Source of the DNA: Defluviitaleaceae bacterium
GTDB lineage: Bacteria; Bacillota; Clostridia; Lachnospirales; WRBF01
DNA length: 64,000 nucleotides
Direction of reading: 5' to 3'
Assembly: GCA_009784685.1 (NCBI GenBank)
Contig: WRBF01000004.1
Span: forward strand, 14,419 to 78,418
Shown here: positions 29,026 through 38,347 of the stretch, one piece after another
How the letters are laid out: every line of letters begins with the position of its first letter
Position numbering within the stretch: the first letter of the stretch is position 1
Translations under genes and position numbers: made by a program
Notes under the pieces: model-generated
Seen by the model: the letters and a program-made list of their open reading frames with translations, nothing else
What the model was told of the DNA's origin: nothing
Databases searched by the model: none

Positions 29026-30225
29026 TCAATCAACTAACTTAGGATTATGATCTTCTTTCCAAGGAAGTCCCCATTTATTAAGAGCATCCATAAACGGGTC
29101 GGGATCGAATTCCTCAACGTTAAATACGCCTGGCTTTTTCCATTTTCCTGTCATAACAAGCATTGCGCCTATCATTGCAGGCACACCTGTTGTGTAAGAA
29201 ATCGCCTGTGATCCAACTTCAGCATAGCAATCTTCATGAACGCAAACATTATAAACATAATATGTCTTTGGCTTGCCGTCTTTAACTCCTTGAAAAATAC
29301 ACCCGATGTTTGTTTTACCTTTTGTCCTTTCGCCAAGCGAAGATGGGTCAGGCAACACTGCTTTAAGAAATTGAAGCGGAACAATTTGCTGTCCTTCGAA
29401 GTCAATCGGTTCGATAGACGTCATTCCAACGTTTTCAAGCACGTTAAGATGTGTTAAATATTTTTGAGAAAACGTCATAAAGAATCGGATTCTCTTTATG
29501 CCTTTAATATTTACCGCAAGTGATTCAAGCTCTTCATGATAAAGCAGGTACATATCTTTTTCCCCAAGTTCCGGGAAGTCATATACCTTCTTAACTGACA
29601 GCGGCGGGGTTTCAATAAATTCACCGTTTTCAAAATATCTGCCGTTAGCAGTTATTTCACGGATGTTTATTTCCGGATTAAAGTTTGTTGCGAATGGATA
29701 CCCATGGTCGCCTGCATTAGCATCAAGTATGTCGATATAATGAATTTCGTCAAAATGATGTTTCATTGCGTGTGCGCTGAAAACTCCTGTTACGCCCGGG
29801 TCAAACCCGCTGCCTAAAAGGGCTGTTATTCCGGCTTGTTCAAAACGTTCTTTGTAAGCCCATTGCCATTTGTATTCAAATTTAGCGGTATCAAGCGGCT
29901 CGTAGTTTGCGGTATCAACATAATCAACCTTAGTTGCAAGACATGCATCCATAATTGTCAAATCTTGATACGGAAGAGCAACATTGATTACGATATTCGG
30001 CTTAAACTTGTTAATAAGCTCGATAACTTCATTTGTGTTGTCGGCATCTAACTGAGCCGTTTGTATTTTTGTTTTAGAATTTTTTACACTATTTTTGATT
30101 GCTTCACATTTTGAAAGGGTTCTGCTTGCGATGCAAATTTCTGTGAAAATATCTGAGTTTTGACAGCATTTATGTACAACGACATTGGATACGCCGCCCG
30201 CTCCTATTATTAATGCCTTTCCCAT
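29026..30225 (-). CDS. Carboxynorspermidine/carboxyspermidine dehydrogenase (saccharopine dehydrogenase family)
   Basis: ALIIGAGGVSNVVVHK, FEYKWQWAYKERF, LLGSGFDPGVTGVF and ILDANAGDHGYPFATNFNPEINIRE closely follow the CANSDH pattern. Confidence 0.85.
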   Translation of the reverse strand: MGKALIIGAGGVSNVVVHKCCQNSDIFTEICIASRTLSKCEAIKNSVKNSKTKIQTAQLDADNTNEVIELINKFKPNIVINVALPYQDLTIMDACLATKVDYVDTANYEPLDTAKFEYKWQWAYKERFEQAGITALLGSGFDPGVTGVFSAHAMKHHFDEIHYIDILDANAGDHGYPFATNFNPEINIREITANGRYFENGEFIETPPLSVKKVYDFPELGEKDMYLLYHEELESLAVNIKGIKRIRFFMTFSQKYLTHLNVLENVGMTSIEPIDFEGQQIVPLQFLKAVLPDPSSLGERTKGKTNIGCIFQGVKDGKPKTYYVYNVCVHEDCYAEVGSQAISYTTGVPAMIGAMLVMTGKWKKPGVFNVEEFDPDPFMDALNKWGLPWKEDHNPKLVD

Positions 30226-30236
30226 TTTAAAGCCTC

Positions 30237-31034
30237 CTAGTTAATAAATTTTATTGCTCGTAAAACTTCATAGAAATCGCTTGATTCAAAGCGTAAAATG
30301 TTATCATCTGCTTTAATTATGCCCGGATAGTGAGACATACTTTCAGCCGTTTTTTGCTCTTTGTAACATACTTCGAGTGTAAAATGCTTAGGAAGTGTTG
30401 TAAGCGCATTTTTTAAGTCTTGTTTAAGTGCCTGTTCAGCTAATTTTCGTATCTGTTTAATTGCCAATGAGGGGTTATAGTTTACCGTAATCCCTCCAAG
30501 GCCATCTTTAACAGGGCAAGTTACAAGGTTTGGATGAAGATTTTTGCTGACCTCACAAAGGTCTTTGTCTCCTGCAAGAAAAACAGAAGGAACGCCCTCT
30601 AGCGCGCAAGCGTAGCTAAAAAGCGTAAATTCACTGCAAAATTCACCGTTTAGTTTTATATAGATGTTATTTGGGTTGTTCGTATGCGACATAGGGTTGC
30701 CTTTTCTTGATGCCGCAGAATGATAGCCGATAAACATCGCTGCATCAAAGCTTTTGTCAATGCCATATACCATGCTGTATGGATGACCGTTCCAACCACG
30801 TATCGTTGTTACATATTCCGGAAGTTGCTGCTGGTCGATGTTTATTGCATAATGATGTGCATCTCTAACAAAAACTTCGTCCGCTCCGGCGGCTCTTGCC
30901 GCTTCACATGCCGCTATAGTCTCTTTTGTCATTTGTTCAGAATGTGCCTTATAAATAGGGTTGCTGATTTCACATTCATCAAATGTCGTTGTTGTTGCTA
31001 TGCCTTCAATATCAACGCTTATGAATACTTTCAA
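30237..31034 (-). CDS. M55 family metallopeptidase (DppA D-aminopeptidase-like)
   Basis: MKVFISVDIEGIATTTTFDE…VFVRDAHH… is the typical M55 N-terminus. 265 aa. Confidence 0.75.
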   Translation of the reverse strand: MKVFISVDIEGIATTTTFDECEISNPIYKAHSEQMTKETIAACEAARAAGADEVFVRDAHHYAINIDQQQLPEYVTTIRGWNGHPYSMVYGIDKSFDAAMFIGYHSAASRKGNPMSHTNNPNNIYIKLNGEFCSEFTLFSYACALEGVPSVFLAGDKDLCEVSKNLHPNLVTCPVKDGLGGITVNYNPSLAIKQIRKLAEQALKQDLKNALTTLPKHFTLEVCYKEQKTAESMSHYPGIIKADDNILRFESSDFYEVLRAIKFIN

Positions 31035-31045
31035 GTTATTCGCTC

Positions 31046-31900
31046 CTATCCTATTAACAGTAATATCTCACGCAAAAGCTTACAGGTCAAAGAAGTAGAT
31101 GCTCCGCTTTGATCGTAAGGCGGGGACAGTTCATTTATGTCAAGCGCAACGATGTTGAGCCTGCCTGCTATTTTAGTAACAGCATCTAGAAGTTCCAAAA
31201 AGCTTACACCGCCTGCTTCCGGCGTACCTGTTCCGGGGAAACATGATGGGTCAAGCACATCTAGATCAATAGTCAAATAAACCGGAACATTTTGAAGCTT
31301 TTCTATTATACCATCAAGATTGCTAAAGTTAAACTTATTTAATGAAGTATGTTTTTTTGCCCAAACAAATTCTTCTTTCTCGCCGCTTCTTATTCCGAAT
31401 TGAAATATGCGGTCATCACCTAAGATATCAAAACAACGGCGCATAACAGTGGCATGAGATAGTTCCGAGCCGAGATATTCGTCCCTTAAATCTGCATGAG
31501 CATCAAACTGGATAATGTGTAAATCCGGATATTTCTTTGCAACAGAGCGTACAGCACCGAGTGTAACAAGATGTTCTCCGCCTATCATAAGGCTTGTTTT
31601 GTTGTCGCTTAGCAAGGCTGAAACGTATTTTTCGATCATTTTGAGTGCATTTACCGGGTTTCCAAAAGGAAGCTCAAGCTCTCCGCCATCGAAAACGTTT
31701 ATATCAAGCAAATCTTTATCTTGGTAGGGGCTGTAAGTTTCTATTGAATAGCTCTCGCTTCTAATCGCCGCTCCGGCAAAACGTGTACCGGGACGGTATG
31801 ATGTTGTTGAATCAAATGGTGCAGAGAAAATAACGGTTTTGCTTTCTTCGTATTCATTATCGCAGCCGATAAATGTATGGATATTTTTAGGCATTTTCAT
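31046..31900 (-). CDS. speB: Agmatinase / ureohydrolase family protein
   Basis: Arginase-fold metal motifs are present: GGEHLVT, QFDAHADLRD, TIDLDVLDPSCFPGTGTPEAGG. Confidence 0.9.
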   Translation of the reverse strand: MKMPKNIHTFIGCDNEYEESKTVIFSAPFDSTTSYRPGTRFAGAAIRSESYSIETYSPYQDKDLLDINVFDGGELELPFGNPVNALKMIEKYVSALLSDNKTSLMIGGEHLVTLGAVRSVAKKYPDLHIIQFDAHADLRDEYLGSELSHATVMRRCFDILGDDRIFQFGIRSGEKEEFVWAKKHTSLNKFNFSNLDGIIEKLQNVPVYLTIDLDVLDPSCFPGTGTPEAGGVSFLELLDAVTKIAGRLNIVALDINELSPPYDQSGASTSLTCKLLREILLLIG

Positions 31901-32741
31901 CGTTCAAAAGCTCCTTAACATAATTCGGAAGTGCAAAAGCCCCTTTGTGTAAATCTGTATTATAATATTTTGTGCTGATACTCAGATTGTTCCAGCCTTG
32001 TTCATCAAGTGCTTCCACAGGTTTTATCCCTTTAGAAGAAAACCCAAAAAGCCAATGCCCGGAAGGGTAGGTAGGGATATGTGCCTGGTATACTTCCGAC
32101 ACGGGGAAAACCTTTTTCATGCGTTGATGAATTTTTGCCATGGCCTGTGCATCTTGGTTATAATAAGGGCTTTCATGTTGATTTACAAGTATTCCGTTTT
32201 CTTTTAATGCTTTAAAGCAGTTGCCGTAAAATTCTTTAGTAAAAAGCCCTTCGCCAGGACCAAACGGGTCTGTTGAGTCTATTATTATCAGGTCGTACAT
32301 GTCTTTTTGTCCACGAACGAACTTCATTCCATCTTCATAGTAAATATTGACCCGCTTGTCAGTCAATTTTGAAGACGTCTGAGGAAGATAAGCCTTGCAA
32401 ACATCAACAACAGCCTTATCAATTTCAACCATATCAATCTGCTTTATGGTGCAGTACCTGACAAGTTCTCGAACTGTTCCTCCGTCACCTGCACCTATAA
32501 CGAGAACAGTTTCTATCTTCGGATTCGCCGCCATTGGAACATGTGTCATCATTTCATGATAAATAAACTCGTCCTTTTCAGTCACCATAAGATAACCGTC
32601 AAGAGCAAGTATTTTGCCAAATTCATACGAATTAAAGATATCAATTTGCTGAAATTCGCTTTTAACGCTTACAAGCTGCTTTTCAACTTTGATAGAAAAC
32701 CTTACGTTTTCGGTTTGCATTTCGGAATACCAAAGATCCAT
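31887..32741 (-). CDS. speE: Spermidine synthase (aminopropyltransferase)
   Basis: LWYSE…, VLVIGAGDGGTVRE and IIIDSTDPFGPGEGLF are all present. 284 aa. Confidence 0.92.
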   Translation of the reverse strand: MDLWYSEMQTENVRFSIKVEKQLVSVKSEFQQIDIFNSYEFGKILALDGYLMVTEKDEFIYHEMMTHVPMAANPKIETVLVIGAGDGGTVRELVRYCTIKQIDMVEIDKAVVDVCKAYLPQTSSKLTDKRVNIYYEDGMKFVRGQKDMYDLIIIDSTDPFGPGEGLFTKEFYGNCFKALKENGILVNQHESPYYNQDAQAMAKIHQRMKKVFPVSEVYQAHIPTYPSGHWLFGFSSKGIKPVEALDEQGWNNLSISTKYYNTDLHKGAFALPNYVKELLNDENA

Positions 32742-32782
32742 TAAATCACCACTTTTAAATTCATAGTTTGCTGCTGTTTTTC

Positions 32783-33397
32783 CTATTTGATAACATAGCC
32801 GTTATGCATAAGCACCTTAACTCCGTTATCAAAACTTTCAGTTTTTAAGAGAATATAATCTGTGTTATATGTTGAGATAACGAATACGGCAATTTCAGAT
32901 TCCGCTAATAATTTTGAAATTTTAGCTATTACGCCAACCATTCCAAAATCCAGAATGCCTGATATTTTTAATGCTTTCCAACCATGTTCAACCGCAATTA
33001 TATTTGAAGGGACACAATTTGTTTCACAAACTAAAGAAATCTCATCTGAAGTTTTGGATAAAAAAACAAATTCACGAGTAAAGTCTACCTGATCGATGTT
33101 AGATATCTTGCAAACACTAAAATCTCCGATTATCTTTTGTAATTCCATTTTTATATCTCCTAGCTGTTTGCTTGCTACAATTTTTTCGCATTGAACACAA
33201 ATATTTAGCTCATTTACATAAATCGGGTTAAAGTATCCTTTTATGTTTTGAGCTGCCATACTAAATTCACGGCTTATATGTTCAGGCATCTCAGGCTTGT
33301 AGCCTGTAGCTTGGCATATTATGCATTGGTTTATCCATTTTTTCAATTCGGGATACATTTGAAGATAGTGATCACCCGTATCATTTCGTTTTCGCAT
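32783..33397 (-). CDS. ACT-domain protein, possibly with an N-terminal CxxC…CxxC zinc-ribbon extension; an alternative start at 33148 gives a 121-aa ACT-only protein
   Basis: The C-terminal 121 aa (MELQKIIGDFSVCKI…GMVGVIAKISKLLAESEIAVFVISTYNTDYILL) is ACT-like and preceded by AGGAG. The upstream in-frame 83 codons contain QCIICQ and CVQCE. Confidence 0.6.
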   Translation of the reverse strand: MRKRNDTGDHYLQMYPELKKWINQCIICQATGYKPEMPEHISREFSMAAQNIKGYFNPIYVNELNICVQCEKIVASKQLGDIKMELQKIIGDFSVCKISNIDQVDFTREFVFLSKTSDEISLVCETNCVPSNIIAVEHGWKALKISGILDFGMVGVIAKISKLLAESEIAVFVISTYNTDYILLKTESFDNGVKVLMHNGYVIK

Positions 33398-33433
33398 TGT
33401 TTTCCTGTTCTAACGCAACTTTTAGCATTCATG

Positions 33434-33889
33434 TCATCTAACATCACATTCATAAATACGAGAACTCTCTCCCCAAGGGTGATATCCATCGCCGATATAA
33501 GCGAATCCATATTTCTCATAATATCCAATATGATCTGTACAAAGATACAATTTATCAAGCTTCATTTCCGCTGTATCGTTTTTAATTTGCGAGATAAGCA
33601 AATTACCTAAATTTTGCCCTCTGTATTTTTTCTCAATATAAAGTGCGCACAACCAAGGGTGTAAATCCATACGGCTTATAAAATCGTTTGTTATAAGCCC
33701 GGCGCAGCCGATTATTGTTTCAGAATCTAATAACAAATACCAAATAGACAATGGGATTTTTGCATCAATGCTGTGCATGATACAGTCTTCGTATACTTTT
33801 TTGTTTCGCCTGTTTCCCCATTTGCTTTGAATGTAGGCTATTGCTTTTTCCTTGTATTTTGGGTTTTGTCTGATGTTAATTATTGTCAT
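33434..33889 (-). CDS. GNAT family N-acetyltransferase
   Basis: 151 aa with an acetyl-CoA-binding region ALYIEKKYRGQNLGNLLISQI. Confidence 0.8.
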   Translation of the reverse strand: MTIINIRQNPKYKEKAIAYIQSKWGNRRNKKVYEDCIMHSIDAKIPLSIWYLLLDSETIIGCAGLITNDFISRMDLHPWLCALYIEKKYRGQNLGNLLISQIKNDTAEMKLDKLYLCTDHIGYYEKYGFAYIGDGYHPWGESSRIYECDVR

Positions 33890-33978
33890 TACTTATTCTC
33901 TCTTTCAGTGCTAAATATAATTACAGCTTGTCGCTTGCTTGTTTTCTACACTCCTATTTTATAGCTTTATTAGTCTTC

Positions 33979-35430
33979 CTACACCTCAACAACATTAATC
34001 CTTTCAATTCCCATATCTTGCGGTCCGGTAAGTGAACATCCCTTTTCCTTCGCATAGGCGATATAGTCCAAAATATTCCTAGTAATAAGCTCTCCCGGTG
34101 CAAGAATCGGTATTCCGGGCGGGTAACACATTACAAATTCGCCGCTTATTTTGCCTTCGCTTTCGTCTATTGGGACGGAATTTTTTTGGCTGTAAAAAGC
34201 TTGCTGCGGTGCTAAAGCTACAAACGGATTGATGTATTCCTGCTCAAACATCCCGGCTTTGTCCTTCGAATACAGCCGTTTAATTTCGGCAAGCGCACCT
34301 ATAAGCCGCTCTACTTCAAATGCTCTGTCGCCGGATGAAACTATTGCAAGGATATTGCCTATATCGCCAAGCTCTATTTGGATTTCAAATTCATCACGCA
34401 AAATATCATAAACTTCAATACCTGCAAGCCCTATCGCCCTTGTATGGACTGATAGCTTTGTGCCGTCGAAGTTATATACGTCATTTCCATTAATAAGCTC
34501 ACGCCCGAAGGCATTGTAGCCGCCTATTTTATTGATTTCTTCTCTTGCGTATTCAGCATAGCCAAGTGATTTTTTAAAAATTTCCTTACCCTTTAACGCA
34601 AGATTTTTGCGGGTTAGGTCGAGGGATGATAAAAGCAAGTATGAAGCACTCGTTGTTTGCGTTATGTTAATTATTTGCCTAACATAATCGGCGTTCATCC
34701 TTTCGCCGCACAAAAGAAACGAGCTTTGAGTAAGTGATCCTCCGGTTTTATGGGCACTTATCGCCGCCATATCCGCCCCGGCTTTCATTGCATTTATCGG
34801 CATGTTGTCACCGAAATAAAAATGTGTACCGTGTGCTTCATCAACAAGCACGTACATATTGTGTTTGTGTGCTAATTCGACTATTTTTACAAGGTCTGAA
34901 CAAATTCCGTAGTAGGTAGGATTATTTACAAGAATAGCCTTCGCATCAGGGTTTTCTTTAATCGCCTTTTCAACATCCGAAACGGACATACCAAGTGGGA
35001 TGCCTAGATCGTTGTTAACTCCCGGGTTTACATAAACCGGGGTCGCCCCGCAAAGAATGAGAACGTTGATTGCACTTCGGTGAACGTTTCGCGGCATAAT
35101 GATTTTATCACCCGCCTTACAGACCGACATAACCATCGCTTGGACGGCAGATGTAGTACCGTTAACCATAAAAAACGCCGCCGCCGCACCAAAAGCTTCA
35201 CTTGCTAAATCTTCCGCTTCTTTTATAACAGAGATAGGATGACAAAGATTATCAAGAGGTTTCATTGAGTTTACGTCTATTTTAAGACATTCTAATCCTA
35301 AAAAGCTTGTAAGCTCGGGGTTGTCACGCCCGCCTTTATGACCGGGAACATCGAAACGTACCACTCTTTTTGTTCCGTGTTTTTTTAGTGCTTCGTAGAT
35401 TGGGGCTTTTGATTGTCGATTTGTTGGCAT
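33979..35430 (-). CDS. speA: Orn/Lys/Arg decarboxylase, fold-type I (B. subtilis SpeA-type, probably arginine decarboxylase)
   Basis: 483 aa. FDVPGHKGG, NGTTSAVQAM and a SAHKTGGSLTQSS PLP-lysine motif. It lies in an operon with speB, speE and speD. Confidence 0.85.
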   Translation of the reverse strand: MPTNRQSKAPIYEALKKHGTKRVVRFDVPGHKGGRDNPELTSFLGLECLKIDVNSMKPLDNLCHPISVIKEAEDLASEAFGAAAAFFMVNGTTSAVQAMVMSVCKAGDKIIMPRNVHRSAINVLILCGATPVYVNPGVNNDLGIPLGMSVSDVEKAIKENPDAKAILVNNPTYYGICSDLVKIVELAHKHNMYVLVDEAHGTHFYFGDNMPINAMKAGADMAAISAHKTGGSLTQSSFLLCGERMNADYVRQIINITQTTSASYLLLSSLDLTRKNLALKGKEIFKKSLGYAEYAREEINKIGGYNAFGRELINGNDVYNFDGTKLSVHTRAIGLAGIEVYDILRDEFEIQIELGDIGNILAIVSSGDRAFEVERLIGALAEIKRLYSKDKAGMFEQEYINPFVALAPQQAFYSQKNSVPIDESEGKISGEFVMCYPPGIPILAPGELITRNILDYIAYAKEKGCSLTGPQDMGIERINVVEV

Positions 35431-35434
35431 TTGA

Positions 35435-36085
35435 TCACCTCAAGTTATGAGTTGTTATTCTAACGAATTGATTTTCAACACGCAGGATAATACGTTCACC
35501 AGGATCCGGGATAATAATTTCTTGTCCGATCATTAGAGCATCGCTCATCATGCCATTAGATTCTCTAATATTCGCCCAAATGGTAGGATTGCTTGTGCCG
35601 AAGTATATTTGAGACACTGAGCTTAGTGTGTCTCCAGGCTGCACAATATGTGTCCTGAGGTCGCTATCTATCATCGAAATAATTTGAGTAAATAGAGACT
35701 CTGGAACTAATATTCTGTTATTTTTGAGCATAAACCAATCGGTCTGATAGGCTATAGGCTTCCCTTCTACTTCAAGGGTTCTGCCTGTTGTGTCAAAATA
35801 AATTGAGTGCTTGCCGTTAAATAATGCAACAACTCTGTTGCTGCTATTCCAAGCCACTGTATATCCCATATTCTCAAATACAGCACGTAAAGGGACAAAA
35901 GTTCGCCCTGTTCTTAAAGATCTTAGTGCCGGAACATCTGTTTCTATAGATGAATTGTTAACAAAAACAACTAATTCTTCATGATTAGGAAAGACGGCAT
36001 AAGCAAATGCTGTATACCCTGAATACAGCGATAAAATCAAAACAATTAAAAACAAAACTCTTTTGCAAAATCTCAAGAAGCCCAT
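35435..36085 (-). CDS. Membrane-anchored protein with a copper-amine-oxidase N-terminal-like domain plus a LysM domain; start uncertain (ORF opens at 36178)
   Basis: TM helix LFLIVLILSLYSGYTAF. Stalk-like region TFVPLRAVFENMGYTVAWNS. LysM region HIVQPGDTLSSVSQIYFG…IGQEIIIP. Confidence 0.6.
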   Translation of the reverse strand: MGFLRFCKRVLFLIVLILSLYSGYTAFAYAVFPNHEELVVFVNNSSIETDVPALRSLRTGRTFVPLRAVFENMGYTVAWNSSNRVVALFNGKHSIYFDTTGRTLEVEGKPIAYQTDWFMLKNNRILVPESLFTQIISMIDSDLRTHIVQPGDTLSSVSQIYFGTSNPTIWANIRESNGMMSDALMIGQEIIIPDPGERIILRVENQFVRITTHNLR

Positions 36086-36143
36086 CCCCTTTTTATCTCG
36101 AACATTACACAAAAGGGCAACGCCTCTGCGCCGCCCTAAATAA

Positions 36144-36959
36144 TCAACAATAAATATTCGCCCCGCTGAAAATTTCAATCATTTCCTGCCGCAAGCTGTC
36201 AGTAATTTGCAGCCGCTGTTTTGGTGGAAGCTCGTACACATCCTTATTAAACAGATAATGTTGAAGCTCGATCTCTTTAATAAGCATTTTGGTGTGAAAA
36301 ATATTTGATTGATAGACGTTTACATCTATAGCATCATATTTATCAAGCGTTTTTTGATCAATGTAATTTTGAACTGAAGTTATGTCGTGGTCAATAAAAT
36401 ATTTGCGCCCATCTACATCTCGTGTAAAGCCTCGGACTCTGTAATCAATTGTGATAATATCAGAATCAAAGCTCGATATCAAATGACCTAGCGCATTAAG
36501 CGGAGATATTTCCCCACAAGTTGAAACATCTATATCCACCCTAAATGTTGAAATAGAGTTGTTAGGGTGATGTTCAGGGAACGTGTGTACCGTCACATGG
36601 CTTTTATCCAGATGAAAATTTACCGACTTTCCGGCTTTTTTTTCGCCTAGACTTTCCGTTTCATCTTTTGGCTCTATGCGTTCTACAATGCGTTCTTCAG
36701 CAATAAGAACATTAACAGAAGCACCCTGAGGGTCATAATCATGCTTAGAAATGCTGATAACATCAGCACCGATTATATTTGTTACTTCACATAAAATATT
36801 TGTAAGCCTTTCAGAATTATACTGTTCGTCAATGTAAGCTATATAATCTTTTTGTTCTCTCTCACTTTTCGCATAGCAAACATCATAGATGTTAAAGCTA
36901 AGTGTTTTTGTGAGGTTGTTAAAGCCATAAAGTTTAAGCTGCTTTGCCAACCCTAACAT
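36144..36959 (-). CDS. speD: S-adenosylmethionine decarboxylase proenzyme, long E. coli-type (class 1B)
   Basis: Collinear with my recollection of E. coli SpeD: LKLYGFNNLTK, the self-cleavage site LDKSH, DYRVRGFTRD and NIFHTKML. ATG at 36959 is preferred over the ORF-track start at 37037, which has no SD. Confidence 0.88.
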   Translation of the reverse strand: MLGLAKQLKLYGFNNLTKTLSFNIYDVCYAKSEREQKDYIAYIDEQYNSERLTNILCEVTNIIGADVISISKHDYDPQGASVNVLIAEERIVERIEPKDETESLGEKKAGKSVNFHLDKSHVTVHTFPEHHPNNSISTFRVDIDVSTCGEISPLNALGHLISSFDSDIITIDYRVRGFTRDVDGRKYFIDHDITSVQNYIDQKTLDKYDAIDVNVYQSNIFHTKMLIKEIELQHYLFNKDVYELPPKQRLQITDSLRQEMIEIFSGANIYC

Positions 36960-37221
36960 CACATCCTTTACGGAAAAATATCCGCCTTGGTCTATCTCTA
37001 AAGGGCAAGTCGTTGCCTGCGGCAGATTCTCGCCCATGCAATTCGAGAGGAGCTTAAAGCCAAAATAGGCTTTAAGCTCAAGAGGGGTGTTAAGAACCTA
37101 CCATATCAATAATAAATGATAGGTTGTCGTCAGAAATTTCGTCTGCGGCTAACTGCACTGAATTTTGCATACAGCACATACAAAAAATTCAAAGTATATC
37201 GCCCAACTTCTTCTGTATTAA

Positions 37222-37250
37222 CCATATGTAATTTATACAACAATAGAGGG
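37222..37250 (-). promoter_or_regulatory. Sigma-A-type promoter of the polyamine operon
   Basis: On the minus strand, TTGACT (37250-37245), N17 spacer, TATAAA (37227-37222). This leaves a roughly 260-nt leader before the speD ATG. Confidence 0.55.
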
Positions 37251-37294
37251 GAAAAGTCAACACAAAAACTAATTTATCTTATTTCCAATATCCC

Positions 37295-38176
37295 CTACAT
37301 TCTTTCAGGTGCAGGGAACGTAACCCCTCTTGTATCAATCGCTATTGTAGCTATACGCTGCGGTTCATTTGGTCTGTCATTTCTATCTCTTGGCTGAGCT
37401 ACGATAGCATCTGCGACTTCCATACCGTGAACGACCATGCCAAAGCCGGCGTAGTCATTATCAAGGAAGGTTGGGTCGCCTACACAGATAAAAAACTGTG
37501 AACCGCCTGAATTAGGAGCAGGGGTTCTTGCCATTGAAACAACGCCTCTTGTATGGGATAAATTGTTTTCGAAGCCATTTGCGCCAAATTCACCAAATAT
37601 TGAATATCCCGGACCTCCCATGCCTGTTCCGTCGGGGCATCCGCCTTGTATCATAAAGTTTGGTATAACTCTATGGAATATAACTCCGTCATAAAATCCG
37701 CTGTTTGCAAGCGATATAAAGTTATTGACAGTGTTAGGTGCAATATCGGGGAAGAGCTCAATAACTATTATATCGCCGCTTTCCATTGTTATTGTTGCTA
37801 GTGGGTTGCTTTCGTTTCTAACTGTAAATTCCATACTTATCTCCTCCAAAGATTCTTCTATAATTTCTTCAATAATAGCATTATCAGATGTATCTTCGCT
37901 GATTGGTTCATTTTCATCGTCGTCAGCTTCTTCGGGTTCATCGTCAAATTCGTCCGGTTCATTTGAGCTAACTTCATCAATTGTGCCGTCCTCATCGGTT
38001 GCATCTTCATATTCATCGTCTACATCTTCTTCATCAAATGTTAGCGGTTGAAGGTTTTCGTATACATTTTCTTCCACATCATCGTTCCAAGCTGTGTCAG
38101 CATTTCCGCTTGCACATCCGGTAAAAACAAATGCTGTTAAAAATGCAAGTGTTAAAACATATATTATTCTTTTCAT
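37295..38176 (-). CDS. Lipoprotein peptidyl-prolyl cis-trans isomerase (cyclophilin type) with a long acidic linker
   Basis: Lipobox LTAFVFTGC. D/E-rich linker. Cyclophilin core FHRVIPNFMIQGGCP…GGSQFFI. Confidence 0.9.
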   Translation of the reverse strand: MKRIIYVLTLAFLTAFVFTGCASGNADTAWNDDVEENVYENLQPLTFDEEDVDDEYEDATDEDGTIDEVSSNEPDEFDDEPEEADDDENEPISEDTSDNAIIEEIIEESLEEISMEFTVRNESNPLATITMESGDIIVIELFPDIAPNTVNNFISLANSGFYDGVIFHRVIPNFMIQGGCPDGTGMGGPGYSIFGEFGANGFENNLSHTRGVVSMARTPAPNSGGSQFFICVGDPTFLDNDYAGFGMVVHGMEVADAIVAQPRDRNDRPNEPQRIATIAIDTRGVTFPAPERM

Positions 38177-38347
38177 AGTAATTGTTTGTCCTCCTTATTA
38201 AATATTCCTATACTCTTATACATCAATTTCCACATAATTGCAAGCAAAAATTAAGAATAATCTTGAACAATCTTGAGAAAAGGACATACAACTTGGAAAT
38301 AAAATTTCATAAAATAGCTTTAGGGAATAAAAACCAAGGTGGTGCCT

